DNA of 64,000 bases, from the IMG/VR virus record IMGVR_UViG_3300020182_000023, positions 14,697 to 78,696 of that record; one strand, 5' to 3'. A model generated the notes under the pieces. That model was not told the origin of the DNA, ran no database searches, and saw nothing but the letters and a program-made list of their open reading frames with translations. Each line of letters starts with the position of its first letter. Position 1 is the first letter of the stretch. Below, one piece after another: positions 9,487-20,087 of the stretch. Origin of the DNA: a virus. A program made the translations under genes and the position numbers.

Positions 9487-10899
9487 CTAGTTAGCCTTAA
9501 AGATACCATATCGGTTAGCAGCGAATCCTTCAAATCCTCTATCACAAGTCATATGAACGTTAAGTTCAGCAACATCTGATGTTGGTATTTGTGCTAATCC
9601 ACCTGTTTCCCATTGACGGAATCCCATATTAGAACCTTTTGTCTCTAAGTAGTTTAATCTTAAAGAAGGTACTGAAGATGTTCCTCCACCAAATTGTGGT
9701 ACGATTACGTTATCAGAAGGAATTACTAAGCCCATATTAGTGAACTTTTGTCCTTCAGCTCCTAGACCCCAAGGCTTATCAAAGATAGATAAGTGTTTTT
9801 TATCGAAAGCAAATCCACCATAAGTGATTTCTCCGAATCCAAACGCTACACTTCTTGAATCAGAAGGAGTTCCGTTATAAGAAATACCACCAGAATTTAA
9901 GCCAGTTGTAACTCTCATTAGGTTATCAATCTCTACAGAAAGAGTATGACCAACCCACATTGTGTTTTTTCTACTTCCTTCGTATTTAACCAACTTAGCA
10001 GCTAAACTATCGAAATCATCTAAAGCAAATGAACCAACGTTGTAAGTCTCTACGTTTCCGTAAGCTTCCATCCAAGGAATAAGACCTTGACTTCCTAATA
10101 CAGTTCCAAATCCTGATGTGTCAGCCAAAGTAGTGTTAGTTACTTGGTCGCCAATCAACATAGACTGCTCTAATTCTACCATAAGCACTTTGTAAGCGTC
10201 ATAAACAGCTTCGTTGTACCATCCGCTAGAGTTACCATCTTTACCTAAGTTCTCGAACCAAGTTTCAGTAGCAGTTTCTCTGTCTGTTACTTTGTGGTCG
10301 TTTCTTAGAGTTTGGATTGTATTCTTATATTCAAATACAGTCTTACTAGAAGAAGTTCTTTGAGAAGAAGCCTCACCCATTAAGTTGTAAGCGATTATAA
10401 TAGTATCAGTAGTTGCTACCTCTGGAATAGCATCTGCTGGATTCAAAGGAATTACATCGTATGTAGCTCCAACTACATCTGTAACCAAACCTTTTACTCG
10501 GTTAGGAAACATTAATACGTCATTCTTTCTTACAGGGTAAGTAGTTGTGTTTCCAGCTTGTACATAAGCTCCACCGTTATTAGCGGCATCCCACTTATAA
10601 GCTGTTGCAATTGTGTGCGTAACCTCCGCTCCTGCTGCTCCTTCGGAAGCAAGAGATGCTAGTTTTACTACTTCCTTAATGTAATCAGATTCAACGTGAA
10701 TATACTCGTTGTTCTTGATTCCGTTCATAGCCATAGTCATCTCACAAAATCCAGAAATCATCTGGTTTCCGAAAGGATTAACTAAAGTTGGGTCGATGTT
10801 TGGTTTACGAATCGACTGGTCGTATGTCAATGCAAGCGAATCAACGTATGTGTTGTTTGTGTAATTCGCTGTAGTTGCTGGTGTTGTATTAAATCCCAT
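9487..10899 (-). CDS. Major capsid protein 1 (crAss-like type)
   Basis: 470 aa; order TerL-portal-scaffold-MCP; ELEQSML.G, GSQGLIP, FGF....GGF.F and CDRGFEGFAAN motifs; followed by a terminator. Confidence 0.8.
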   Translation of the reverse strand: MGFNTTPATTANYTNNTYVDSLALTYDQSIRKPNIDPTLVNPFGNQMISGFCEMTMAMNGIKNNEYIHVESDYIKEVVKLASLASEGAAGAEVTHTIATAYKWDAANNGGAYVQAGNTTTYPVRKNDVLMFPNRVKGLVTDVVGATYDVIPLNPADAIPEVATTDTIIIAYNLMGEASSQRTSSSKTVFEYKNTIQTLRNDHKVTDRETATETWFENLGKDGNSSGWYNEAVYDAYKVLMVELEQSMLIGDQVTNTTLADTSGFGTVLGSQGLIPWMEAYGNVETYNVGSFALDDFDSLAAKLVKYEGSRKNTMWVGHTLSVEIDNLMRVTTGLNSGGISYNGTPSDSRSVAFGFGEITYGGFAFDKKHLSIFDKPWGLGAEGQKFTNMGLVIPSDNVIVPQFGGGTSSVPSLRLNYLETKGSNMGFRQWETGGLAQIPTSDVAELNVHMTCDRGFEGFAANRYGIFKAN

Positions 10900-10922
10900 T
10901 TTTATTGTTTAAAAAAATTGTT

Positions 10923-12089
10923 TTACATAATTGTCGGTATATGGGCTTTACTGTATGCATCTGCGTTCCTATCCTTAGCAACCTCATTTGGTTTAGCTGT
11001 GGTTTCGGGCAAAGAGGCATTAGTTAACTCATTAACCGCTTCTTTTTCACTCTTAGCTGAATTATGCTCCAACATCTTATTATGAATACCAGACCTTAAC
11101 TCTGGGTTTTGCCAAATTAAATTCTCAACTGTGACTGCTAAACCTTCGTCCTTAACACGATTTTCTATAGAGCCGTTTTCGTCAATTAATAATCTGAAGT
11201 CATTCTTAAAGATATTTCCTAAAGCTTCATTCAATGTGCTTACATTTTCTTTTGAGAACTCGTATTGTATTACGTCATCCCCTACTTTAATATCGTAAGC
11301 ACTATTCTTATTAAAGTAATCATTAACCTTTGCTTTAAACTGTCTCTCCGCTTTTGGAAGGAACGTTTGTAGCCTTTTTTCTTCTTCTTGAGCCGTTATC
11401 CTTTGTTCATCCTGTGGATTCATAGGTGGCTTCGCATTTTCTTGTCTTTCTTTTAGCTTACCTAAGTAAGTTTCAGCCTTTATGTCTAAGTCAGCTTTCG
11501 CTCGTTTATGCTCCTTGTCCTCTGGTGTAGAGTATTCGTCATACAAAGCGTCATAATCATTCTCTAACTTAGCTCTTAGCTTCTCCTCTGATACATTAGG
11601 AAAGTCTAATTTATACCCCTCTAACACAACGTCTAATGCTTGGTTTACATCGTTTAAATCATAATTATTGTAATCTCTAGTTGTTAAAGACCAATAGCTG
11701 TTATCATTTAAATCGTAACCTTGCGCTTCTAATTCTCTTGCTCTCTTAATAAAATCACTTTCTTCTGTTACATTTGATTGTGATTCTAACCATTCTTGCT
11801 TTTTAGCCTCGAAGTCTTCTTGTGTTAAATAACCTAAGTCTTTGGCTTTAGAGCGCACCAAATCTTCATTTAGTTCTGGTGCTTGCTCCTCAACCGATGG
11901 AGGTTGGGACACGTTATCTTCTACGACAGTTTCTTCCACTATCGTATCTTTTATAGGTTCTTCCGTTTGTGCAACGGGAGTTTCGTTTTCTACTACTTCA
12001 GTTGCCTCTTGTGCAACCTCTTCTGATTTCAAAGAACTATATTCGTCCTTGCTTTTTCCTAAGCTAGTGTTTATTTCTATTCCGTCCAT
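10923..12089 (-). CDS. Putative capsid scaffolding protein
   Basis: 388 aa, highly acidic low-complexity N-terminus, helical, between portal and MCP. Confidence 0.55.
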   Translation of the reverse strand: MDGIEINTSLGKSKDEYSSLKSEEVAQEATEVVENETPVAQTEEPIKDTIVEETVVEDNVSQPPSVEEQAPELNEDLVRSKAKDLGYLTQEDFEAKKQEWLESQSNVTEESDFIKRARELEAQGYDLNDNSYWSLTTRDYNNYDLNDVNQALDVVLEGYKLDFPNVSEEKLRAKLENDYDALYDEYSTPEDKEHKRAKADLDIKAETYLGKLKERQENAKPPMNPQDEQRITAQEEEKRLQTFLPKAERQFKAKVNDYFNKNSAYDIKVGDDVIQYEFSKENVSTLNEALGNIFKNDFRLLIDENGSIENRVKDEGLAVTVENLIWQNPELRSGIHNKMLEHNSAKSEKEAVNELTNASLPETTAKPNEVAKDRNADAYSKAHIPTIM

Positions 12090-12110
12090 AATAAATTAAA
12101 TTGATATATA

Positions 12111-12118
12111 CAAAATTA
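12111..12118 (-). promoter_or_regulatory. Bacteroidota -7 box (TAATTTTG) for scaffold/MCP
   Basis: TAnnTTTG consensus about 21 nt upstream of the ATG. Confidence 0.55.
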
Positions 12119-12139
12119 ATAAGATTTTTTAACAAAAAC

Positions 12140-14677
12140 CTAAGCCTGTGTTTGACCCGTTGATGCGGCTCTTTTCTGTGCGTCATCTGCTGGTCTAGGT
12201 GTGCTTCTAAAAGGCTGTGGTATTCCCCTCTTACCGCCACCACCGCTAGGCGTAGAGCTAGGAGTAGATGTTAATGAAGAAGATGGTGAGCCGCTAGGGG
12301 TGTTGTTTAATACCTCTGTTTTTGCGTTTGTGTCCATGCTTGTTTTTATCAAGTCTTGGTCTACTTCACCCTTTAAAACAGTTCCTAATCTTCCTTCTCC
12401 TGCTTTTACTTTCTCTAACTCAGCCTTAAATTGATACTCAGCTTGCATTTTTTGCATAGCGAAACTATGCTCTATTTTCATTAATTCTAAGTCTGCTGCT
12501 TTTGCCGCTTGATTACTTTGAATCTGAATTTGACCATTAGCTTGCTGTAATTCAATAGAGCGTTGGTGCGCCTTCTGCATAAAATTGTCTGCCGCTCTAG
12601 CTAGATATTCGTTAGCTGCTTTATAGCTTCCCGCTTCTAATACCTCTCTTGACCTATTAGCTTCTGCCACTGATATTTGCCCTTGTTGTATCGCAATTTT
12701 AACAGACTCTTCAAACAATGCTTTTTGTTGTTCTGACGGCTTAAACTTAATTGATATGCCTAATTCAGCATTTGTAAGTTCTTTACTTGCTTTAAGCACT
12801 TCTACTCGCAAGCTACCCATAGCCATTTTATAGCCGTTAACTTTTATGCCTCTAGCTATATTATGCTTAATCATTAAGGCTATCCTATCTGATGTACGCT
12901 CTATGATATTAGTGTATGCGTCTGTAAGTTGTTTTGTTGCGGAGTTATAAGCAGATTCTCTCTTTTCTTCTACGCCTACTAATGCGCCTTTAGCTGCTGC
13001 TGTTCCATCTATTGTAGGGTTAATACCACTCACTTGATACATTTGAGATACCCAATGATTGTATATGCCTACTAATCTCTCTACGTCTGATGATAATCCG
13101 TTTTCTAATTCTTTTATAGGAGGCTGACCCGTTAAGGTTTGAGGTCTACCATTCTTATCGTGAGAGCGGTAGTATATTCTACCCGTCTTATCGTAAATCT
13201 CTGCTAGTCCCTTATCGTCTACCAAACCGCTACCCATTCCAGATGTAACCCCTTGTAGGGCGGAAATATCTATTGCAACGTTCTTTGGTCTTGCCTGACT
13301 AATTAAGTGCTGTATCTTTTGCTCTATATTAATCATTTGACGTACATAAGGAATCATTGATTCAGTCATCCCTTGACTCATAGTATCTTGTACGTTAGGT
13401 GTGTAGAACACTAAGTCAAATTCTGCATTAGTGTCAATTACCTTGTCCTTAATGCGTCTTACTATGTCGTTTTTCTTTTTGTACCCGAAACATTTATTTG
13501 TATCACATACTAAGTAGCCTTCGTAAATGTCTATAACAGACTTTCTGATTACTTCTGTTACGCCTCTTTTCTTAACTTTCTTTCCTTCTTCATCCTCGTA
13601 ATACTCTTTGTAATTACTAGGTACTTTATCAAATGATACGCTATTTCCCTTCTTAGACTTTTTCTCTCTCCATACCTTGTGGTTTTCAGACTTGAATTGC
13701 CCAAACATAACAAGAACATTAAAGTTATCATATTCATTTGAAGTTATCCCTTCTTGGTAGTAAGAACCAAATGACCAACTCTGATTAGATACGCTTCCTT
13801 TATTTCCTGCATATCTCTTTGCTATGTCAAATAGTTCTGATTCTGATAACTCTCCGTTTGAACGTTGTCTTAGTTCATTTATAGTCATCTCTAGCACTAT
13901 GCCTACATAGGTTGCGTCTGATGCGTCTGGCTTAGTGAAATAAGAGTATATTAAGTTTTTTCTGTCTATTGCTTCTGTTATAATGTTACCGTTTCTATCG
14001 AACCTAGTCCAAGTTCCTGCGCTGTCTAAAACGTGCAAATCCCTTGATATAGTTTTCTTTATTTCCTCGAAACTATTGTTTGCGTAAACATATCGTATTC
14101 CATTTTCAATAGACTCTTCTTCTTCTGTTTTCCAATTTAATTCTGCATCAAATTGTACTTCGTCTATTGTGTCTGGAGCGTCTTTTACCTCTTCTTTTAT
14201 CTTGTCTAAGCCCGATGTGTCTTGACCTTGCGCTTCCATCTTAGCGATAGCGGCTTTAATCTTAACCTTACCGAACATCTCTTTCATTCGGTTGTCTAAC
14301 TTATCTGTGCTGTCTTTGTCTATTGCCGTAGCAATTACATCGTAAGGTCTGTCTATTAGCTTGTTAGAAGAAATGTTGATTAGGTTCTTTAATACCCCTG
14401 CTGCTGCGGGAGTGAAATCCTTAGATAATAATGATGTATTACCATCTTCTAAAGTATCTCTGTCTTTATACTCCTCAATTGAAGGCGTACCCATAGCAAA
14501 GTTCCGTAAAGTAACGAACTTCTTTCTTTGGTCGAAAAAGTTATTAGCATCCTTACTATGCTCACCCCACATAGCCCTAAGATAAGCTAGACCATACTCT
14601 CGTGTAGCTTTCTTCTCTTCAGAATCAAATGGGTTTGGGAATCCTCTAAAGGATTTTTGAGCTTTTATATTATCCAA
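12140..14677 (-). CDS. Portal protein (crAss-like)
   Basis: 845 aa after TerL; FP.PF.SEEKK...YGL.Y, IY.KTG.IYYRS and SGIN...DG motifs; C-terminal coiled coil. Confidence 0.8.
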   Translation of the reverse strand: MDNIKAQKSFRGFPNPFDSEEKKATREYGLAYLRAMWGEHSKDANNFFDQRKKFVTLRNFAMGTPSIEEYKDRDTLEDGNTSLLSKDFTPAAAGVLKNLINISSNKLIDRPYDVIATAIDKDSTDKLDNRMKEMFGKVKIKAAIAKMEAQGQDTSGLDKIKEEVKDAPDTIDEVQFDAELNWKTEEEESIENGIRYVYANNSFEEIKKTISRDLHVLDSAGTWTRFDRNGNIITEAIDRKNLIYSYFTKPDASDATYVGIVLEMTINELRQRSNGELSESELFDIAKRYAGNKGSVSNQSWSFGSYYQEGITSNEYDNFNVLVMFGQFKSENHKVWREKKSKKGNSVSFDKVPSNYKEYYEDEEGKKVKKRGVTEVIRKSVIDIYEGYLVCDTNKCFGYKKKNDIVRRIKDKVIDTNAEFDLVFYTPNVQDTMSQGMTESMIPYVRQMINIEQKIQHLISQARPKNVAIDISALQGVTSGMGSGLVDDKGLAEIYDKTGRIYYRSHDKNGRPQTLTGQPPIKELENGLSSDVERLVGIYNHWVSQMYQVSGINPTIDGTAAAKGALVGVEEKRESAYNSATKQLTDAYTNIIERTSDRIALMIKHNIARGIKVNGYKMAMGSLRVEVLKASKELTNAELGISIKFKPSEQQKALFEESVKIAIQQGQISVAEANRSREVLEAGSYKAANEYLARAADNFMQKAHQRSIELQQANGQIQIQSNQAAKAADLELMKIEHSFAMQKMQAEYQFKAELEKVKAGEGRLGTVLKGEVDQDLIKTSMDTNAKTEVLNNTPSGSPSSSLTSTPSSTPSGGGGKRGIPQPFRSTPRPADDAQKRAASTGQTQA

Positions 14678-14696
14678 GTTGCTGAATTTCTTTTTA

Positions 14697-14704
14697 CAAA
14701 GATA
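14697..14704 (-). promoter_or_regulatory. Bacteroidota -7 box (TATCTTTG) for portal
   Basis: TAnnTTTG consensus in the TerL-portal spacer. Confidence 0.55.
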
Positions 14705-14732
14705 CTAAAATTAAGATTAATTAACTATAAAG

Positions 14733-16796
14733 TTATTTAACCTTATATATCTTATGAAAACTCATTACATTAAAGTCTGCGGGAGCGGATAATTCTGACG
14801 TATCTATATTCATTCTACTCATTTTACACGCTAGTATTGCTATCATATATGCCACCGTTGCATCGTAGGGAGTCCAATTGTCTACCTCGAAATCTTGTAA
14901 ATCTTCTATTAGGTTAGGGAATGGCATTGAGCCGTAAGTAGGGCTACCCGTTTGGTCTACTTCAATATAACCTATATCATCTACAATATGCGCTCTAGTA
15001 ACGTTTACTAGGTTCTCTCGTATTCCTCCATTAGTTGCGTTATAAAAGCCTCTCTCTTTAAACTTTTTCTTTTGGTCTTTCTCTAGTTCGTTATACATTA
15101 GGTATTCTTCACATCTCTTATTCTCGAAATGACGAATCAATACTGACCCTGCGTTATTTTCTACGAAAACTCTAGCTGAATAGAATACAGCCATCATTAT
15201 CATATCCTCTGCAAAGTCTGTTGGGTGGTCTTGTCTATATAGATATTCGCATACAGCTTTAGGTGTTTTATTTCCCATATAACCTATATCAAGAACTGCG
15301 TAAGCTGCGTTATCTGAGCCGCTTCCTGCTACGGGTGCTTTAAGGTTTGTAGGGTCAATACCTATTCTAACGTGTTCTCTTGTTGGTTCTCTACCATATT
15401 CTGATATTCTGTATTGGTTTCTATCTTCTGTTGGCGGCATCCACGCAACAGTCCATCTACCGTTTTCTTTATCTTCTTGAAAACCTACTTCGTTTTCTTC
15501 TCCGTTCTTCCAATAGAAGTTACCTCGTCTGTTTTCTGCGTAAATACCTTCATCTTCGTTATATTGTGATTGCTGCTGTATCTTAGCTAACGCCCAAGGA
15601 CTTGCTGTTGATTCCATTAACCACATATCAGATTCTCTTAATGGATATTTCCTTCTGTATGATATAAGCTCAGAGCCACTTAATCTAGCCATTTCAGCTT
15701 CGTGAAACCTTCTAGCGTACTCTCTGTCTGAATACCCCCACTCATCAACCTTATACCCGTAATCAGCAGGTATAAAGAGTTTTCTTAATCCACTTATAGT
15801 TCTACCAAGTAAAGGGTCTAATGTCTTAACATTTGAGTTATCCCAAATATTTTTAAATCTAGCACCTCCAAATCTCTCCATATCCTCTACGGTTGTAGTA
15901 TGCAAGGACTTACCTACCACCTTATCCCTAGACATAAAGCATTTAGAGTTTACCTCCCAACGCTCATCTACTTCTGCTACACCTTTCTCTACCTTACCTT
16001 CCTCATCGTAATACCCAAATCTAAACCCTAATCCATCTTGAGCCATATTGTTAGCGGGGAACGGCTTAATCCAAGAGTCTAATACATATTGGTATTCCTT
16101 TACTTCGCCCTTAGAACTTTTCTTTTGTGGTGCGGTAAAATATATAGCGTTACTTCTTTTTGTTTCACCCGTATCAATAGGCTTAAAGAAGTCTGGTAGC
16201 CTTTGCCAAGATTCTTGTATTTTTAAGAATACCTCTACGGCATCTTTATTTGTTTTAGATTGTATAGCGCACTTAGCACCCTCTAACATCATTGCTGTTG
16301 TATAGCATATAGCCCCGCCAACAGATGTTTTCCCGAATCTTCTACAAGTCCCCCAAACCGCACCCAATGAACTTTTGTCCTTCTCTGTACAATCCCAATG
16401 GTAGAAAGTATCTCTCTGTGCATCAATGAAATCTGGAGTTGTGTATGTACCATCATTAACGGATGGTATTATCCACCATTGAAGCATAAAGTAATGCTTA
16501 CCCGTTACATATTCTAGTTGGTTGCCATTATAGAAGTGTATGCCCTCGTCTAGCCTTCGCTGTTCTTCTGCTACAAATTCTATTAATTCGCTTTCGGATA
16601 GCGTGTCTATTATATCCCTATCGTGTAGCGGAAACTTTCTATCATCCTTCTCTAAACCAAAATTAAATACATCGCCAACATCTGGCGGGTCGGGTCTTAC
16701 ATAATCATAGTCACCTACTCGTATGTTTGTTTGGAAATCATAGTAAATTTCGTGACATTCCTCTATGCCCTTACTTGTCTTTTCTTTGTTGGGCAT
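14733..16796 (-). CDS. terL: Terminase large subunit
   Basis: Walker A-like RRFGKT, Walker B YYDEEGK, nuclease IGIDP and YDATVA; TG.HYFMLQW motif. Confidence 0.9.
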   Translation of the reverse strand: MPNKEKTSKGIEECHEIYYDFQTNIRVGDYDYVRPDPPDVGDVFNFGLEKDDRKFPLHDRDIIDTLSESELIEFVAEEQRRLDEGIHFYNGNQLEYVTGKHYFMLQWWIIPSVNDGTYTTPDFIDAQRDTFYHWDCTEKDKSSLGAVWGTCRRFGKTSVGGAICYTTAMMLEGAKCAIQSKTNKDAVEVFLKIQESWQRLPDFFKPIDTGETKRSNAIYFTAPQKKSSKGEVKEYQYVLDSWIKPFPANNMAQDGLGFRFGYYDEEGKVEKGVAEVDERWEVNSKCFMSRDKVVGKSLHTTTVEDMERFGGARFKNIWDNSNVKTLDPLLGRTISGLRKLFIPADYGYKVDEWGYSDREYARRFHEAEMARLSGSELISYRRKYPLRESDMWLMESTASPWALAKIQQQSQYNEDEGIYAENRRGNFYWKNGEENEVGFQEDKENGRWTVAWMPPTEDRNQYRISEYGREPTREHVRIGIDPTNLKAPVAGSGSDNAAYAVLDIGYMGNKTPKAVCEYLYRQDHPTDFAEDMIMMAVFYSARVFVENNAGSVLIRHFENKRCEEYLMYNELEKDQKKKFKERGFYNATNGGIRENLVNVTRAHIVDDIGYIEVDQTGSPTYGSMPFPNLIEDLQDFEVDNWTPYDATVAYMIAILACKMSRMNIDTSELSAPADFNVMSFHKIYKVK

Positions 16797-17109
16797 AGAA
16801 CTCTGGTTTTAATTCGCTTGGCTTTAGTCTTTCTTTCTTTGCTCTCGCAAGTTCCGTGGGGTCAATTCTAGTTTCTAATTTATATATAGCATCGGTAAGC
16901 TTCTCCATTTTATCGCCCCACTTTATAAACTCATCGAAAGCGTCATCATCTTGACCGAATATTATCTTCACTTTACTAATTTGCCTAGATATATCATCCA
17001 TTTGACTTTTCAGCGCAACATATCCCTCTAAATAAGGGCTTTCAAATACCTTTTTAAGTATTCGTTTTGCTTCAGGTAAATCAAGTTTATCTATATAACT
17101 ATGCTTCAT
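16771..17109 (-). CDS. Putative terminase small subunit
   Basis: 112 aa helical protein overlapping the TerL start; positional inference. Confidence 0.4.
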   Translation of the reverse strand: MKHSYIDKLDLPEAKRILKKVFESPYLEGYVALKSQMDDISRQISKVKIIFGQDDDAFDEFIKWGDKMEKLTDAIYKLETRIDPTELARAKKERLKPSELKPEFYAQQRKDK

Positions 17110-17939
17110 AATTCTGCTAGTACGTTATCTTTTTTTACAGCGTAATACTTATTACCATTAAACTCAAATGAGTTATACCCTCGCTTCATATAAATAAGCT
17201 GCGTGTCTTTCTTATATGCGTTTGAATATACTACCTTACCTAAGCCTTTTGTTACCTTTTCTTTTCTAGGTAAATAAATGCCGTTAAAGTCTACCCACTC
17301 TTCGTCATCATCCATAGCTTCCATTATAATCCAATCACCAAAAGGAATCAATTCATCCCCATTGATTACAGCAAAAATATAGCTAGAATGTGTGAATATA
17401 ACATCCTTACCGTCTACTTGCATCCACTCACCTTCAAATTGGTCTGATGGATAGTCGTTATCCTCTGCGTAGATTATGGTATCACCTTTCTTTAATCCGT
17501 AGCAATCAATTACGATTACACCCCTGTCATTAGGCTGCTCTACGGTTTGCGGAATATATATACCGCTATCGGTAGTTTCTTTCTTAGGCAGTTTCTTAAT
17601 ACCTACAAAACCATTCGTAGGCACTTCGTTTATCGCTCTTACATACTGAACGTATTCTGAGTCTCGTAAAAGATAATAGAATATACCTTTTTCAGTTGTA
17701 CCATTCCAATCTTCGCTAGAAAACTTTCTGTCATCTAGCCAACACATTCTATGGTCAAACCAAATCTTACCGTTAAGTTCTACATCTAACTTTGTTGAGT
17801 TTTCTACGACAATGCCATCGTGTGTCATATGCTTACCCTCGTGACCCCAATTAGAGTCGATTATAAGCCCGTTTAACATATTAGCCTTATCATCGTCTAC
17901 TTTTACAGCGATGTAGTTTAAAATGCCTCCTTTAAGCAT
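17106..17939 (-). CDS. Tandem GroES-like co-chaperonin (about 3 repeats)
   Basis: KKETTDSGIYIPQT...RGVIV, IPFGDWIIME...GIYLP...GKVVY and a weaker N-terminal copy; ends VKKDNVLAEL. Confidence 0.65.
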   Translation of the reverse strand: MLKGGILNYIAVKVDDDKANMLNGLIIDSNWGHEGKHMTHDGIVVENSTKLDVELNGKIWFDHRMCWLDDRKFSSEDWNGTTEKGIFYYLLRDSEYVQYVRAINEVPTNGFVGIKKLPKKETTDSGIYIPQTVEQPNDRGVIVIDCYGLKKGDTIIYAEDNDYPSDQFEGEWMQVDGKDVIFTHSSYIFAVINGDELIPFGDWIIMEAMDDDEEWVDFNGIYLPRKEKVTKGLGKVVYSNAYKKDTQLIYMKRGYNSFEFNGNKYYAVKKDNVLAEL

Positions 17940-18213
17940 TTGGCAATATAAGATTGCTAGGTGGTTTTACCGTTGGTTCTGGTGCGTGATAATTTACAGC
18001 AGAAAATGAATCTGTCTTAGCTACAATTGTATCTGCGAACTCTATTAATTCGTTAGGTTCTGTTACTCCTGCTCGAATAGCTAAGTCTAATGCAAATCTA
18101 TAAGAACCCTCTAATGCTGATGCTTTTTGTAATTCTGCTTGAAATTCTTGCTGTGCGCCTTGCGCTAATTGCTGATAAGCCATATTAGCTTCTCGCTCTT
18201 TCTTGTCTGTCAT
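17932..18213 (-). CDS. Hypothetical protein
   Basis: 93 aa ORF coupled to the GroES-like gene, with its own TATATTTG box. Confidence 0.6.
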   Translation of the reverse strand: MTDKKEREANMAYQQLAQGAQQEFQAELQKASALEGSYRFALDLAIRAGVTEPNELIEFADTIVAKTDSFSAVNYHAPEPTVKPPSNLILPNA

Positions 18214-18305
18214 ATCTATTAAATTAAAGTTTTAACAAATATAAACAAAAAAACCCCCGATTATGGCAGGGGCTTCTTAGATAACATGAAAAAAGATGTT
18301 CTTTA

Positions 18306-18725
18306 TTATAGAGCGTTTACTAAGGCTCTAAATTCGCCTACGCTTATGCTTAGTTCGTATCGCTTATCTTGATTGCCTTCACTGTAAAATAACGTACAAG
18401 CCGTATCGCTTACTCTAACTACTCCCGTAATTTGATTTACATTAATTACAAAGCCTAATCCAGTTCCTTCTAGCAATTGAGTTCCGTATGTTGAAAACAA
18501 CGAATCTTCTACATTAATGATTGCTGATTTTCTCTGACCTCTGTAAAAATACTTTACTTCTGAAGTTGTATCTCCCGTTTGAGGTGTTACTTTATAAATA
18601 TCACCTTCCATTACAGTTGCGATTGTGTCGCTACTTGCGAATGATACAAGTACCATTGCCTTTTCTTGTGAGAATACAAATGATGTGCTAATCGCTAATA
18701 TAAATAATGCTATAATTTTTTTCAT
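18306..18725 (-). CDS. Secreted protein (signal peptide)
   Basis: MKKIIALFILAISTSFVFS|QEK; flanked by a promoter box and a terminator-like hairpin. Confidence 0.6.
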   Translation of the reverse strand: MKKIIALFILAISTSFVFSQEKAMVLVSFASSDTIATVMEGDIYKVTPQTGDTTSEVKYFYRGQRKSAIINVEDSLFSTYGTQLLEGTGLGFVINVNQITGVVRVSDTACTLFYSEGNQDKRYELSISVGEFRALVNAL

Positions 18726-18761
18726 TTCTTTTGGTTTAGTTTTCTTTTTACAAAGGTAATA

Positions 18762-19082
18762 TTATTTTTTAACTTTTTTTCTTTTCTTGGCTTTACCGCC
18801 TCTAGCGTTTTTATCGCCTTTTGTATCGCTCTTACTTCCCCTGTTAGCTTTTACGGACTTTAATCTTAGTCCGTTCTTTGTGTGGCTTAAGTCACCCGTA
18901 TCTTTACTTACAATGTTTCGCTTACGCCTAGCTTTTGATAGTTCGGCTCTTTTTTTCTTTTGCTCAGGACGAGAATTTATCTCCTTATCCTTAGCCGCCT
19001 TAACCCTTCTAGCTTTTTTAGAATTTCTGTAATACTTTGCGCTATCACTTAATTGGCTATATGGTTTCTTTCTTGGTGCGAT
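18762..19082 (-). CDS. Small very basic HNH-like protein with apparent ATC start (missed by ORF track)
   Basis: Open frame APRKKPYSQLSDSAKYYRN...KKKRAEL...GDLSHTKNG...KANRGS; the codon at the expected start is ATC, 4 nt after a TATCTTTG box. Confidence 0.5.
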   Translation of the reverse strand: MAPRKKPYSQLSDSAKYYRNSKKARRVKAAKDKEINSRPEQKKKRAELSKARRKRNIVSKDTGDLSHTKNGLRLKSVKANRGSKSDTKGDKNARGGKAKKRKKVKK

Positions 19083-19207
19083 GCTACAAAGATAAGCATT
19101 TTATAACTTTAGATAAAGTCACATTAAAACGTGGCTGAGCCTTTTGTTATAAACAATAAAAATTACTTGGTTAGTGCCTTAAGTATATTTTGATAAATTC
19201 AATTTCT

Positions 19208-19402
19208 TTATTCATAAGGACATATTTCTTTATAAAACTCCTCGTCTATTTCTTTGATAGCTTTCTCTAGTCTATCCTTCTCTAAAATAGACTGCTTTAT
19301 CTCGTGTTTTGTAGCCGTTTTACCTAAATCGGATGCTATGTGCATTTCGTGTAATAAAGCGTCTATATCCTCTCTATCTTGGTCGTCTGTATAATATCCC
19401 AT
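19208..19402 (-). CDS. Hypothetical protein
   Basis: 64 aa, coupled to the upstream ORF. Confidence 0.5.
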   Translation of the reverse strand: MGYYTDDQDREDIDALLHEMHIASDLGKTATKHEIKQSILEKDRLEKAIKEIDEEFYKEICPYE

Positions 19403-19785
19403 TATCTAAATAGTTTTTGTGCTGTATGATTATTTAACCTTACTTTTATTCCGTGTGCTAAACACATTGACCTAAATTCCTCTATGTCTTGCGGAAATGG
19501 AATTACAATATCATCTCCTATTATAATTTCAGTTGGGTATATATAGTCGTTTAAATCTTTTGAGTATTCAATGCAAGGAATATATGCTATACCATCTCCG
19601 TTCTTTTCTTCTCGCAAAGTTCCTTCAGCTAAATGCCGCATCACAGTATCGGAGTCAAATACATCGCAATAAACTGACGTTATGGATATAAGCTGCTCCT
19701 TAAATAGCGGATTATTTGGTCTTAACCGATTTAACATTTTACTTAAAGAATCCATTACTTGTACATTTTGTATTTTTGTTTCCAC
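19402..19785 (-). CDS. Hypothetical protein
   Basis: 127 aa ORF. Confidence 0.55.
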   Translation of the reverse strand: METKIQNVQVMDSLSKMLNRLRPNNPLFKEQLISITSVYCDVFDSDTVMRHLAEGTLREEKNGDGIAYIPCIEYSKDLNDYIYPTEIIIGDDIVIPFPQDIEEFRSMCLAHGIKVRLNNHTAQKLFR

Positions 19786-19817
19786 AAATATATAAGTAAA
19801 ATCAATCGAAATACATT

Positions 19818-20087
19818 ATGGATGAATTAATTTTTGGTAAAATACGCTCCATATCTTACGATAAGTATAATGGTGGGGATATTAGAACGTTTACATTTAC
19901 CGCTGGTCAGCATATACGCTCTATGAGTGCTACGGTTACAAGAATAACATTTGACGAACTACACTTCATAAATACCAACACTCCTAGATACATTATATTT
20001 ATTCAAAAGGATAATGAGAGTTATGAAGAACAATGGAAGGGTGTTCCTGCTTACAAGGCTTTAATTGAACAAGACCTGTCTATTTAG
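19818..20087 (+). CDS. Hypothetical protein
   Basis: 89 aa ORF. Confidence 0.55.
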   Translation: MDELIFGKIRSISYDKYNGGDIRTFTFTAGQHIRSMSATVTRITFDELHFINTNTPRYIIFIQKDNESYEEQWKGVPAYKALIEQDLSI

